A DNA stretch of 64,000 bases from Tubiluchus corallicola (lineage: Eukaryota > Animalia > Priapulida): assembly GCA_030141605.1 (NCBI GenBank), contig JAQGDQ010000982.1, positions 1-64,000 of the forward strand, read 5' to 3'. The position numbers were made by a program, and so were the translations under genes. The notes beneath the pieces are model-generated. The model saw only the letters and a list, made by a program, of their open reading frames with translations. It did not search any database and was not told the origin of the DNA. Below are positions 42,701 through 57,700 of this stretch, piece by piece; position 1 is the stretch's first letter, and every line of letters begins with the position of its first letter.

Positions 42701-45700
42701 TCGCACAACGTGTGCTTCTGTAAAGGTAGAGCGAAGGCATAGAAAAAAATGTTGCGTGTTAAAAATGGTTGCAACGAAGGAAACACAAAAGGAAGCTATT
42801 ACCAAATATTTCAAGAATTAAGAGCAGACACGACCAAATGATTTTTTGAATTACAAGCAAATGACACCAACAATGTTTAGTGACCTGCTAGATAAAATGA
42901 AAATTTCACCTGTCATACAAAAGAGTAATACCTACGTCAGAGCTTGAGTGTAAATTTCGTGCATAAAATATAATAATTTTTGATATCTCACCTCTTTGGT
43001 TTGTCAATTATTATAAGGACCAGAAGAAACATTCGATCAGATTTCCTTGAATTTCTACCTTCTGGTACCTGTGTATCTATAAATCTTATTATGAATTCCC
43101 TATTCCTTTCTTGGCGCTCCATCTTCATTTCACCATGCAGCCACAAACATCAGTTTCCACACCAATGTTAATTAGTTGTTATTAGATGTTGTAAAAATGG
43201 TGTCTTTCTTAATTGTGTCATTGCATAGGTACCACCTTTGTCATTTTAAAGCAAATATAGAAAAGCTGTTACTACATGTATCTACAAATGAAATAGACAT
43301 TAAGTCCATACTTTTGTAGAGAATGAGCACAGAATACGTACAGAATGAGTTATTACATGTAATGAACTGTTATACATGTTTTTATGAGTTGTTGTTAATT
43401 TTGCTAAACAATTGTTAAGTTAATTTTTAATAAAATATTTTGCAGTTCACTTGCAACTTAATATGAATCAGTCATATCAAACTAAATTAAAATATAGTAG
43501 TAGTTGTTTGTCCCAATATTTTATTGTTAAGATGTTTGAGTTGCCGTTTTTCTGTTTCAGATTTTAGAAGTTGCTGATGAGGGAAAAAACTTGCAGTTTT
43601 CTAGTGTCAAGTCAGTTGCCTATTTCTTCTGTTTCGTCAATGGCAGTTGTTAGCAGGTGCTACATGCAAAAAACCTCACATAGGCTTACTATTACTTGAG
43701 AAGAACAGTATTTGTTCCAAACATTTAGGTAAAGATCACAACTTGTTTCCTAGTCTAAAATGAAGTACAGTACAACGTTAATAATAATGTTTCCTGTATG
43801 TCAAATCACAGAGGCAGCACAAACGTCTTTTTCTTTACTTATCACCTCTTTGAGTGAATGTGTTCTGCCCTGTGCCTCACCTCTTTCTCTACCAAAGGAA
43901 GTATTCAAAAATTAGGTAAATGATTTCTCTACTTATGGCGCTTCGTGGTTCAAAATTTAGAAAGCATAAGCTAATATGCTTTGTCACGTTCGCACAACGT
44001 GTGCTTCTGTAAAGGTAGAGCGAAGGCATAGAAAAAAATGTTGCGTGTTAAAAATGGTTGCAACGAAGGAAACACAAAAGGAAGCTATTGCCAAATATTT
44101 CAAGAATTAAGAGCAGACACGACCAAGTGAGTTTTTAAATTACAAGCAAATGACACCAACAATGTTTAGTGACCTGCTAGATAAAATGAAAATTTCACCT
44201 GTCATACAAAAGAGTAATACTTACGTCAGAGCTTGAGGGTAAATTTTGTGCATATAATATAATAATTTTTGATATCTCACCTCTTTGGTTTGTCAATTAT
44301 TATAAGGACCAGAAGAAACTTTCGATAAGCTTTCTATGAATTTCTACCTTCTGGTACCTGTGTATCTATAAATCTTATTATGAATTCCCTATTCCTTTCT
44401 AGGCACTCTGTCTTCATTTCACCATGCAGCCACAAACATCAGTTTCTGCACCAATGTTAATTAGTTGTTACTAGATGTTGTAAAAATGGTGTCTCTTTTA
44501 TTTGTGTCATTGCATAGGTACCACCTTTGTCATTTTAAAGCAAATATAGAAAAGCTGTTACTACATGTATCTACAAATGAAATAGACAGTAAGTCCACAC
44601 TTTTGTAGAGAATTAGCACAGAATACGTACAGAATGAGTTATTATATGTAATGAACTGTTATTCCTTTTTTTGTGAGTTGTTGTTAATTTTGCTAAACAA
44701 TTGTTAAGTTAATTTTTAATAAAATATTTTGCACTTCACTTACAACTTAATATGAATCAGTCATATCAAACTAAATTAAAATATAGTAGTAGTTGTTTGT
44801 CCCAACATTTTATTGTTAAGATGTTTGAGTTGAAGTTTTTCTGTTTCAGATAATAGAAGTTGCTGATGAGGGAAAAAACTTGCTGTTTTCTAGTGTCAAG
44901 TCAGTTGCCTATTTCTTCTGTTTCGTCAATGGCAGTTGTTAGCAGGTGCTACATGCATAAAGCTTACATAGGCTTACTATTACTTGAGAAGAACAGTATT
45001 TGCTCCAAACATTTAGGTAAAGATCACATCTTGTTTCCTAGTCTAAAATGAAGTACAGTACCATGTTAATAATGATGTTTCCTGTATGTCAAATCACAGA
45101 GGCAGTGCAAACGTATTTTCCTTTACTTATCACCTCTTTGAGTGAATGTGTTCTGCCCTGTGCCTCACCTCTTTCTCTACCAAATTAAGTATTCAAAAAT
45201 TAGGTAAATGATTTCTCTAGTTATGGCGCTTCGTGGTTCAAAATTTAGAAAGCAAAAGCTAATATGCTTTGTCACGTTCGCACAACGTGTGCTTCTGTAA
45301 AGGTAGAGCGAAGGCATAGAAAAAAATGTTGCGTGTTAAAAATGGTTGCAACGAAGGAAACACAAAAGGAAGCTATTACCAAATATTTCAAGAATTAAGA
45401 GCAGACACGACCAAATGAGTTTTTAAATTGCAAGCAAATGACACCAACAATGTTTAGTGACCTGCTAGATAAAATGAAAATTTCACCTGTCATACAAAAG
45501 AGTAATACCTACGTTAGAGCTTGAGGGTAAATTTCGTGCATATAATATAATAATTTTTGATATCTCACCTCTTTGGTTTGTCAATTATTATAAGGACCAG
45601 AAGAAACATTCGATCAGATTTCCTTGAATTTCTACCTTCTGGTACCTGTGTATCTATAAATCTTATTATGAATTCCCTATTCCCTTCATGGCGCTCCGTC

Positions 45701-48700
45701 TTCATTTCACCATGCAGCCACAAACATCAGTTTCCACCCCAATGTTAATTAGTTGTTATTAGATGTTGTAAAAATGGTGTCTTTCTTAATTGCGTCATTG
45801 CATAGGTACCACCTTTGTCATTTTAAAGCAAATATAGAAAAGCTGTTACTACATGTATCAACAAATGAAATAGACATTAAGTCCATAATTTTGTAGAGAA
45901 TGAGCACAGAATACGTACAGAATGAGTTATTACATGTAATGAACTGTTATACATGTTTTTATGAGTTGTTGTTAATTTTGCTAAACAATTGTTAAGTTAA
46001 TTTTTAATAAAATATTTTGCAGTTCACTTGCAACTTAATATGAATCAGTCATATCAAACTAAATTAAAATATAGTAGTAGTTGTTTGTCCCAATATTTTA
46101 TTGTTAACATGTTTGAGTTGCCGTTTTTCTGTTTCAGATTTTAGAAGTTGCTGATGAGGGAAAAAACTTGCAGTTTTCTAGTGTCAAGTCAGTTGCCTAT
46201 TTCTTCTGTTTCGTCAATGGCAGTTGTTAGCAGGTGCTACATGCAAAAAACCTCACATAGGCTTACAATTACTTGAGAAGAACAGTATTTGTTCCAAACA
46301 TTTAAGTAGAAATCACAACTTGTATCCTAGTCTAATATGAGGAATAGTACAATGTTAATAATAATGTTTCCTATGTGTCAAATCACACAGGCAGCGCAAA
46401 CGTATTTTTCTTTACTTATCACTTCTTTGAGTGAATGTGTTCTGTCCTGTGCTTCACCTCTTTCTTTACAAAAGGAAGTATTCGAAAATTAGGTAAATGA
46501 TTTCTCTACTTATGGCGCTTCGTGGTTCAAAATTTAGAAAGCATAAGCTAATACGCTTTGTCACGTTCGCACAACGTGTGCTTCTGTAAAGGTAGAGCGA
46601 AGGCATAGAAAAAAATGTTGCGTGTTAAAAATTGTTGCAACGAAGAAACACAAAAGGAAGCTATTGCCAAATATTTCAATAATTGAGAGCAGACACGACC
46701 AAATGATTTTTTTTAAATTACAAGCAAATGACACCAACAATGTTTAGCGACCAGCTAGATAAAATGAAAATTTCACCTGTCATACAAAAGAGTAATACCA
46801 ACGTCAGTGCTTGAGGGTAAATTCCGTGCATATAATATAATAATTTTTGATATCCCACTTCTTTGGTTTGTCAATTATTATAAGGACCAGAAGAAACTTT
46901 CTATAAGCTTTCTACCTTCTGGTACCTGTGTATCTATAAATCTTATTATGAATTCCCTATTCCTTTCTAGGCGCTCCGTCTTCATTTCACCATGCAGCCA
47001 CAAACATCAGTTTCCGCACCAATGTTAATTAGTTGTTATTAGATGTTGTAAAAATGGTGTCTTTTTTAATTGTGTCATTGCATAGGTACCACCTTTGTCA
47101 TTTTAATGCAAATATAGAAAAGCTGTTACTACATGTATCTACAAATGAAATAGACATTAAGTCCATACTTTTGTAGAGAATGAGCACAGAATATGTACAG
47201 AATGAGTTATTACATTTAATTAACTGTTATACATGTTTTTATGAGTTTTTGTTAATTTTGCTAAACAATTGTTAAGTAAATTTTTAATAAAATATTTTGC
47301 AGTTCACTTGCAACTTAATATGAATCAGTCATATCAAACTAAACTAAAATATAGTGGTAGTTGTTTGTCACAATATTTTATTGTTATGATGTTTGAGTTG
47401 CCATTTTTCTGTTTCAGATTATAGAAGTTGCTGATGAGGGAAGAAACTTGCTGTTTTCTAGCATCAAGTCAGTTGCCTATTTCTTCTGTTTGGTCAATGG
47501 CAGTTGTTACCAGGTGCTACATTCATAAAGCTTTCATAGGCTTACTATTACTTGAGAAGAACAGTATTTGTTCCAAACATTTAAGTAGAAATCACAACTT
47601 GTTTCCTAGTCTAAAATGAAGTACAGTACAATGTTAATAATAATGTTTCCGGAGTGTCAAATCACAGAGGCAGCACAAACATCTTTTTCTTTACTTATCA
47701 CTTCTTTGAGTGAATGTGTTCTGCCCTGTGCCTCACCTCTTTTTTTACCAAAGGAAGTATTCAAAAATTAGGTAAATGATTTCTCTAGTTATGGCACTTC
47801 GTGATTCAAAATTTAGAAAGCATAAGCTAATATGCTTTGTCACGTTTGCACAACGTGTGCTTCTGTAAAGGTAGAGTGAAGGCATAGAAAAAAATGTTGC
47901 GTGTTAAAAATGGTTGCAACGAAGGAAACACAAAAGGAAGCTATTACCAAATATTTCAAGAATTAAGAGCAGACACGACCAAATGATTTTTTTAAATTAC
48001 AAGCAAATGACACCAACAATGTTTAGTGACCTGCTAGATAAAATGAAAATTTCACTTGTCATACAAAAGAGTAATACCTACGTCAGAGCTTGAGGGTAAA
48101 TTTCGTGCATATAATATAATAATTTTTGATATCCCACCTCTTTGGTTTGTCAATTATTATAAGGACCAGAAGAAACTTTCTATAAGATTTCCTTGAATTT
48201 CTACCTTCTGGTACCTGTGTATCTATAAATCTTATTATGAATTCCCTATTCCTTTCTAGGCGCTCCGTCTTCATTTCACCATGCAGCCACAAACATCAGT
48301 TTCCGCACCAATGTTAATTAGTTGTTATTAGATGTTGTAAAAATGGTGTCTTTTTTAATTGGGTCATTGCATAGGTACCACCTTTTTCATTTTAAAGCAA
48401 ATATAGAAAAGCTGTTACTACATGTATCTACATATGAAATAGACAGTAAGTCCGTACTTTTGTAGAGAATGAGCACAGAATAGGTACAGAATGAGTTATT
48501 ACATGTAATGAACTGTTATACATGTATTTATGAGTTGTTGTTAATTTTGCTAAACAATTGTTAAGTTAATTTTTAATAAAATATTTTGCACTTCACTTAG
48601 AACTTAATATGAATCAGTCATATCAAACTAAATTAAAATATAGTAGTAGTAGTTTGTCCCAATATTTTATTGTTAAGATGTTTAAGTTGCCATTTTTCTG

Positions 48701-51700
48701 TTTCAGATTATAGAAGTTGCTGATGAGGGAAAAATCTTGCTGTTTTCTAGTGTCAAGCCAGCTGCCTATTTCTTCTGTTTCGTCAATATCAGTTGTTAGC
48801 AGGTGCTACATGCAAAAAAGCTCACATGGGATTACAATTACTTGAGAAGAACAGTATTTGATCCAAACATTTAGGTAAAGATCACAACTTGTTTCCTAGT
48901 CTAAAATGAAGAACAGTGCAATGTTAATAATAATGTTTCCTGTATGTCAAATCACAGAGGCAGCGCAAACGTCTTTTTCTTTACTTATCACTTCTTTGAG
49001 TGAATGTGCTCTGCCCTGTGCCTCACCTCTTTCTTTACCAAAGGAAGTATTCAAAAATTATGTAAATGATTTCTCTAGTTATGGCGCTTCGTGATTCAAA
49101 ATTTAGAAAGCATAAGCTAATATGCTTTGCCACGTTCACACAACATGTGCTTCTGTAAAGGTAGAGAGAGGGCATAGAAAAAAATGTTGCGTGGTAAAAA
49201 TTGTTGCAACGAAGAAACACAAAAGGAAGCTATTAGCACATATTTCAAGAATTGAGAGCAGACACAACCAAATGATTTTTTTCAATTACAAGCAAGTGAC
49301 ACCAACAATGTTTAGCGACCTGCTAGGTAAAATGAAAATTTCACTTGTCATACAAAAGAGTAATACCAACGTCAGGGCTTGAGGGTAAATTTCGTGCATA
49401 TAACATAATAATTTTTGATATCCCACCTCTTTGGTTTGTCAATTATTATAAGGACCAGAAGAAACTTTCTATAAGCTTTCTATGAATTTCTACCTTCTGG
49501 TACCTGTGTATCTATAAATCTTATTATGAATTCCCTATTCTTTTCTAGGCGCTCCGTCTTCATTTCACCATGCAGCCACAAACATCAGTTTCCGCATCAA
49601 TGTTAATTAGTTGTTATTAGATGTTGTAAAAATGGTGTCTTTTTTAATTGTGTCATTGCATAGGTACCACCTTTGTCATTTTAAAGCAAATATAGAAAAG
49701 CTGTTACTACATGTATCTACAAATGAAATAGACATTAAGTCCATACTTTTGTAGAGAATGAGCACAGAATACGTACAGAATGAGTTATTACATTTAATTA
49801 ACTGTTATACATGTTTTTATGAGTTTTTGTTAATTTTGCTAAACAATTGTTAAGTAAATTTTTAATAAAATATTTTGCAGTTCACTTGCAACTTAATATG
49901 AATCAGTCATATCAAACTAAACTAAAATATAGTGGTAGTTGTTTGTCACAATATTTCATTGTTATGATATTTGAGTTGCCGTTTTTCTGTTTCAGATTAT
50001 AGAAGTTGCTCATGAGGGAATAAACTTGCTGTTTTGTAGTGTCTAGTCAGTTGCCTATTTCTTCTGTTTGGTCAATGGCAGTTGTTACCAGGTGCTACAT
50101 GCATAAAGCTTACATAGGCTTACTATTACTTGAGAAGAACAGTATTTGTTCCAAACATTTAAGTAGAAATCACAACTTGTTTCCTAGTCTAAAATAAAAG
50201 TACAGTACCATGTTAATAATGATGTTTCCTGTATGTCAAATCACAGAGGCAGTGCAAACGTCTTTTCCTTTACTTATCACCTCTTTGAGTGAATGTGTTC
50301 TGCCCTGTGCCTCACCTCTTTCTCTACCAAATTAAGTATTCAAAAATTAAGTAAATGATTTCTCTAGTTATGGCGCTTCGTGGTTCAAAATTTAGAAAGC
50401 ATAAGCTAATATGCTTTGTCACGTTCGCACAACGTGTGCTTCTGTAAAGGTAGAGCGAAGGCATAGAAAAAAATGTTGCGTGTTAAAAATGGTTGCAACG
50501 AAGGAAACACAAAAGGAAGCTATTACCAAATATTTCAAGAATTAAGAGCAGACACGACCAAATGAGTTTTTAAATTGCAAGCAAATGACACCAACAATGT
50601 TTAGTGACCTGCTAGATAAAATGAAAATTTCACCTGTCATACAAAAGAGTAATACCTACGTTAGAGCTTGAGGGTAAATTTCGTGCATATAATATAATAA
50701 TTTTTGATATCTCACCTCTTTGGTTTGTCAATTATTATAAGGACCAGAAGAAACATTTGATCAGATTTCCTTGCATTTCTACCTTCTGGTACCTGTGTAT
50801 CTATAAATCTTATTATGAATTCCCTATTCCTTTCTTGGCGCTCTGTCTTCATTTCACCATGCAGCCACAAACATCAGTTTCCGCACCAATGTTAATTAGT
50901 TGTTATTAGATGTTGTAAAAATGGTGTCTTTTTTAAATGTGTCATTGCATAGGCACCACCTTTGTCATTTTAAAGCAAACATAGAAAAGCAGTTACTACA
51001 TGTATCTACAAATGAAATAGACATTAAGTCCATTCTTTTGTAGAGAATGAGCACAGAATATGTACAGAATGAGTTATTACATTTAATTAACTATTATACA
51101 TGTTTTTATGAGTTTTTGTTAATTTTGCTAAACAATTGTTAAGTAAATTTTTAATAAAATATTTTGCACTTCACTTGCAACTTAATATGAATCAGTCATA
51201 TCAAACTAAACTAAAATATAGTGGTAGCTGTTTGTCACAATATTTTATTGTTATGATGTTTGAGTTGCCATTTTTCTGTTTCAGATTATAGAAGTTGCTG
51301 ATGAGGGAAGAAACTTGCTGTTTTCTAGCATCAAGTCAGTTGACTATTTCTTCTGTTTGGTCAATGGCAGTTGTTACCAGGTGCTACATTCATAAAGCTT
51401 TCATAGGCTTACTATTACTTGAGAAGAACAGTATTTGTTCCAAACATTTAAGTAGAAATCACAACTTGTTTCCTAGTCTAAAATGAAGTACAGTACAATG
51501 TTAATAATAATGTTTCCGGAGTGTCAAATCACAGAGGCAGCACAAACGTCTTTTTCTTTACTTATCACTTCTTTGAGTGAATGTGTTCTGCCCTGTGCCT
51601 CACCTCTTTTTTTACCAAAGGAAGTATTCAAAAATTAGGTAAATGATTTCTCTAGTTATGGCACTTCGTGATTCAAAATTTAGAAAGCATAAGCTAATAT

Positions 51701-54700
51701 GCTTTGTCACGTTTGCACAACGTGTGCTTCTGTAAAGGTAGAGTGAAGGCATAGAAAAAAATGTTGCGTGTTAAAAATGGTTGCAACGAAGGAAACACAA
51801 AAGGAAGCTATTACCAAATATTTCAAGAATTAAGAGCAGACACGACCAAATGATTTTTTTTAAATTACAAGCAAATGACACCAACAATGTTTAGCGACCA
51901 GCTAGATAAAATGAAAATTTCACCTGTCATACAAAAGAGTAATACCAACGTCAGTGCTTGAGGGTAAATTTCGTGCATATGATATATAATAATTTTTGAT
52001 ATCCCACCTCTTTGGTTTGTCAATTATTATAAGGACCAGAAGAAACTTTCTATAAGCTTTCTACCTTCTGGTACCTGTGTATCTATAAATCTTATTATGA
52101 ATTCCCTATTCCTTTCTAGGCGCTCCGTCTTCATTTCACCATGCAGCCACAAACATCAGTTTCCGCACCAATGTTAATTAGTTGTTATTAGATGTTGTAA
52201 AAATGGTGTCTTTTTTAATTGGGTCATTGCATAGGTACCACCTTTTTCATTTTAAAGCAAATATAGAAAAGCTGTTACTACATGTATCTACATATGAAAT
52301 AGACAGTAAGTCCATACTTTTGTAGAGAATGAGCACAGAATAGGTACAGAATGAGTTATTACATGTAATGAACTGTTATACGTGTATTTATGAGTTGTTG
52401 TTAATTTTGCTAAACAATTGTAAAGTTAATTTTTAATAAAATATTTTGCACTTCACTTACAACTTAATATGAATCAGTCATATCAAACTAAATTAAAATA
52501 TAGTAGTAGTTGTTTGTCCCAATATTTTATTGTTAAGATGTTTAAGTTGCCATTTTTCTGTTTCAGATTATAGAAGTTGCTGATGAGGGAAAAATCTTGC
52601 TGTTTTCTAGTGTCAAGCCAGTTGCCTATTTCTTCTGTTTCGTCAATATCAGTTGTTAGCAGGTGCTACATGCAAAAAAGCTCACATGGGATTACAATTA
52701 CTTGAGAAGAACAGTATTTGATCCAAACATTTAGGTAAAGATCACAACTTGTTTCCTAGTCTAAAATGAAGAACAGTGCAATGTTAATAATAATGTTTCC
52801 TGTATGTCAAATCACAGAGGCAGCGCAAACGTCTTTTTCTTTACTTATCACTTCTTTGAGTGAATGTGCTCTGCCCTGTGCCTCACCTCTTTCTTTACCA
52901 AAGGAAGTATTCAAAAATTATGTAAATGATTTCTCTAGTTATGGCGCTTCGTGATTCAAAATTTAGAAAGCATAAGCTAATATGCTTTGCCACGTTCACA
53001 CAACATGTGCTTCTGTAAAGGTAGAGAGAAGGCATAGAAAAAATGTTGCGTGGTAAAAATTGTTGCAACGAAGAAACACAAAAGGAAGCTATTAGCACAT
53101 ATTTCAAGAATTGAGAGCAGACACAACCAAATGATTTTTTTCAATTACAAGCAAATGACACCAACAATGTTTAGCGACCTGCTAGGTAAAATGAAAATTT
53201 CACTTGTCATACAAAAGAGTAATACCAACGTCAGTGCTTGAGGGTAAATTTCGTGCATATAACATAATAATTTTTGATATCCCACCTCTTTGGTTTGTCA
53301 ATTATTATAAGGACCAGAAGAAACTTTCTATAAGCTTTCTATGAATTTCTACCTTCTGGTACCTGTGTATCTATAAATCTTATTATGAATTCCCTATTCT
53401 TTTCTAGGCGCTCCGTCTTCATTTCACCATGCAGCCACAAACATCAGTTTCCGCACCAATGTTAATTAGTTGTTATTAGATGTTGTAAAAATGGTGTCTT
53501 TTTTAATTGTGTCATTGCATAGGTACCACCTTTGTCATTTTAAAACAAATATAGAAAAGCTGTTACTACATGTATCTACAAATGAAATAGACATTAAGTC
53601 CATACTTTTGTAGAGAATGAGCACAGAATACATACAGAATGAGTTATTACATTTAATTAACTGTTATACATGTTTTTATGAGTTTTTGTTAATTTTGCTA
53701 AACAATTGTTAAGTAAATTTTTAATAAAATATTTTGCAGTTCACTTGCAACTTAATATGAATCAGTCATATCAAACTAAACTAAAATATAGTGGTAGTTG
53801 TTTGTCACAATATTTCATTGTTAAGATGTTTAAGTTGCCATTTTTCTGCTTCAGATTATAGAAGTTGCTGATGAGGGAAAAATCTTGCTGTTTTCTAGTG
53901 TCAAGCCAGTTGCCTATTTCTTCTGTTTCGTCAATATCAGTTGTTAGCAGGTGCTACATGCAAAAAAGCTCACATGGGATTACAATTACTTGAGAAGAAC
54001 AGTATTTGATCCAAACATTTAGGTAAAGATCACAACTTGTTTCCTAGTCTAAAATGAAGTACAGTGCAATGTTAATAATAATGTTTCCTGTGTGTCAAAT
54101 CACAGAGGCAGCACAAACGTCTTTTTCTTTTCTTATCACATCTTTGAGTGAATGTGTTCTGCCCTGTGCCTCACCTCTTTCTTTCTCTAGTTATGGCACT
54201 TTGTGATTCAAAATTTAGAAAACATAAGCTAATATGCTTTGCCAAGTTCACACAACATGTGCTTCTATAAAGGTAGAGAGAAGGCATAGAAAAAAAATGT
54301 TGCGTGTTAAAAATGGTTGCAATGAAGAAACACAAAAGGAATCTATTACCACATATTTCAAGAATTGAGGGCATACACGACCAAATAATTTTTTTAAATT
54401 ACAAGCAAATGACACCAACAATGTTTAGCGACCTGCTAGATAAAATGAAAATTTCACCTGTCATACAAAAGTGTAATAACTACGTCAGAGCTTGAGTGTA
54501 AATTTCGTGCATAAAATATAATAATCTTTGATATCCCACCTTTTTGGTTTGTCAATTATTATAAGGACCAGAAGAAACTTTCTATAAGCTCTCTATGAAT
54601 TTCTACCTTCTGGTACCTGTGTATCTATAAATCTTATTATGAATTCCCTATTCCTTTCTTGGCGCTCCATCTTCATTTCACCATGCAGCCACAAACATCA

Positions 54701-57700
54701 GTTTCCGCACCAATGTTAATTAGTTGTTATTAGATGTTGTAAACATGGTGTCTTTCTTGATTGTGTCATTGCATAGGTGTACCACCTTTGTCATTTTAAA
54801 GCAAATATAGAAAAGCTGTTACTACATGTATCTACAAATGAAATAGACATTAAGTCCATACTTTTGTAGAGAATGAGCACAGAATACGTACAGAATGAGT
54901 TATTACATTTAATTAACTGTTATACATGTTTTTATGAGTTGTTGTTAATTTTGCTAAACAATTGTTAAGTTAATTTTTAATAAAATATTTTTCACTTCAC
55001 TTACAACTTAATATGAATCAGTCATATCAAACTAAATTAAAATATAGTAGTAGTTGTTTGTCCCAATATTTTATTGTTAAATTGTTTGAGTTGTCGATTT
55101 TCTGTTTCAGATTATAGAAGTTGCTGATGAGGGAAGAAACTTGTTGTTTTCTAGCGTCAAGTCAGTTGCCTATTTCTTCTGTTTGGTAAATGGCAGTTGT
55201 TACCAGGTGCTACATGCATAAACCTCACATAGGCTTGCTATTACTTGAGAAGAACAGTATTTGTTCCAAACATTTAAGTAGAAATCACAACTTGTTTCCT
55301 AGTCTAAAATGAAGTACAGTGCAATGTTAATAATAATGTTTCCTGTGTGTCAAATCACAGAAGCAGCACAAACGTCTTTTTCTTTACTTATCATATCTTT
55401 GAGTGAATGTGTTCTGCCCTGTGCCTCACCTCTTTCTTTACCAAAGGAAGTATTCAAAAATTAGGTAAATGATTTCTCTAGTTATGGCGCTTCGTGATTC
55501 AAAATTTAGAAAACATAAGCTAATATGCTTTGCCACGTTCAAACAACATGTGCTTCTGTAAAGGTAGAGCGAAGGCATAGAAAAAAATGTTGCGTGTTAG
55601 AAATTGTTGCAACGAAGAAACACAAAAGGAAGCTATTACCAAATATTTCAAGAATTAAGAGCAGACACGACCAAATGATTTTTTAAATTACAAGCAAATG
55701 ACACCAACAATGTTTAGCGACCTGCTAGATAAAATGAAAATTTCACCTGTCATACAAAAGTGTAATAACTACGTCAGAGCTTGAGTGTAAATTTCGTGCA
55801 TAAAATATAATAATTTTTCATATCTCACCTCTTTGGTTTGTCAATTATTATAAGGACCAGAAGAAACATTCGATCAGATTTCCTTGAATTTCTACCTTCT
55901 GGTACCTGTGTATCTATAAATCTTATTATGAATTCCCTATTCCTTTCTTGGCGCTCCATCTTCATTTCACCATGCAGCCACAAACATCAGTTTCCGCACC
56001 AATGTTAATTAGTTGTTATTAGATATTGTAAACATGGTGTCTTTCTTAATTGTGTCATTGCATAGGTACCACCTTTGTCATTTTAAAGCAAATATAGAAA
56101 AGCTGTTACGACATGTATCTACAAATGAAATAGACATTAAGTCCATACTTTTGTAGAGAATGAGCACAGAATACGTACAGAATGAGTTATTACATTTAAT
56201 TAACTGTTATACATGTTTTTATGAGTTGTTGTTAATTTTGCTAAACAATTGTTAAGTTAATTTTTAATAAAATATTTTGCACTTCACTTACAACTTAATA
56301 TGAATCAGTCATATCAAACTAAATTAAAATATAGTAGTAGTTGTTTGTCCCATTATTTTATTGTTAAGATGTTTGAGTTGCCGTTTTTCTGTTTCAGATT
56401 ATAGAAGTTGCTGATGAGGGAAATAACATGCTGTTTTCTAGCGTCAAGTCAGTTGCCTATTTCTTCTGTTTGGTCAATGGCAGTTGTTACCAGGTGCTAA
56501 ATGCATAAACCTCACATAGGCTTACTATTGCTTGAGAAGAACAGTATTTGTTCCAAACATTTAAGTAGAAATCACAACTTGTTTCCTAGTCTAAAATGAA
56601 GTACAGTACAATGTTAATAATAATGTTTCCTGTGTGTCAAATCACAGAGGCAGTGCAAACGTCTTTTTCTTTACTTATCACATCTTTGAGTGAATGTGTT
56701 CTGCCCTGTGCCTCACCTCTTTCTTTACCAAAGGAAGTATTCAAAAATTAGGTAAATGATTTCTCTAGTTATGGCGCTTCGTGATTCAAAATTTATAAAA
56801 CATAAGCTAATATGCTTTGCCACGTTCACACAACATGTGCTTCTGTAAAGGTAGAGCGAAGGCATAGAAAAAAATGTTGCGTGTTAAAAATGGTTGCAAC
56901 AAAGAAACACAAAAGGAAGCTATTACCAAATATTTCAAGAATTAAGAGCAGACACGACCAAATGATTTTTTAAATTACAAGCAAATGACACCAACAATGT
57001 TTAGCGACCTGCTAGATAAAATGAAAATTTCACCTGTCATACAAAAGCGTAATAACTACGTCAGAGCTTGAGTGTAAATTTCGTGCATAAAATATAATAA
57101 TTTTTGATATCTCACCTCTTTGGTTTGTCAATTATTATAAGGACCAGAAGAAACATTCGATCAGATTTCCTTGAATTTCTACCTTCTGGTACCTGTGTAT
57201 CTATAAATCTTATTATGAATTCCCTATTCCTTTCTTGGCGCTCCGTCTTCATTTCACCATGCAGCCACAAACATCAGTTTCTGCACCAATGTTAATTAGT
57301 TGTTATTAGATGTTGTAAACATGGTGTCTTTCTTAATTGTGTCATTGCATAGGTACCACCTTTGTCATTTTAAAGCAAATATAGAAAAGCTGTTACTACA
57401 TGTATCTACAAATGAAATAGACATTAAGTCCATACTTTTGTAGAGAATGAGTACAGAATACGTACAGAATGAGTTATTACATTTAATTAACTGTTATACA
57501 TGTTTTTATGAGTTGTTGTTAATTTTGCTAAACAATTGTTAAGTAAATTTTTAATAAAATATTTTGCAGTTGACTTACAACTTAATATGAATCAGTCATA
57601 TCAAACCAAATTAAAATATAGTAGTAGTTGTTTGTCACATAATTTTATTGTTAAGATGTTTGAGTTGCCGTTTTTCTGTTTCAGATTATAGAAGTTGCTG

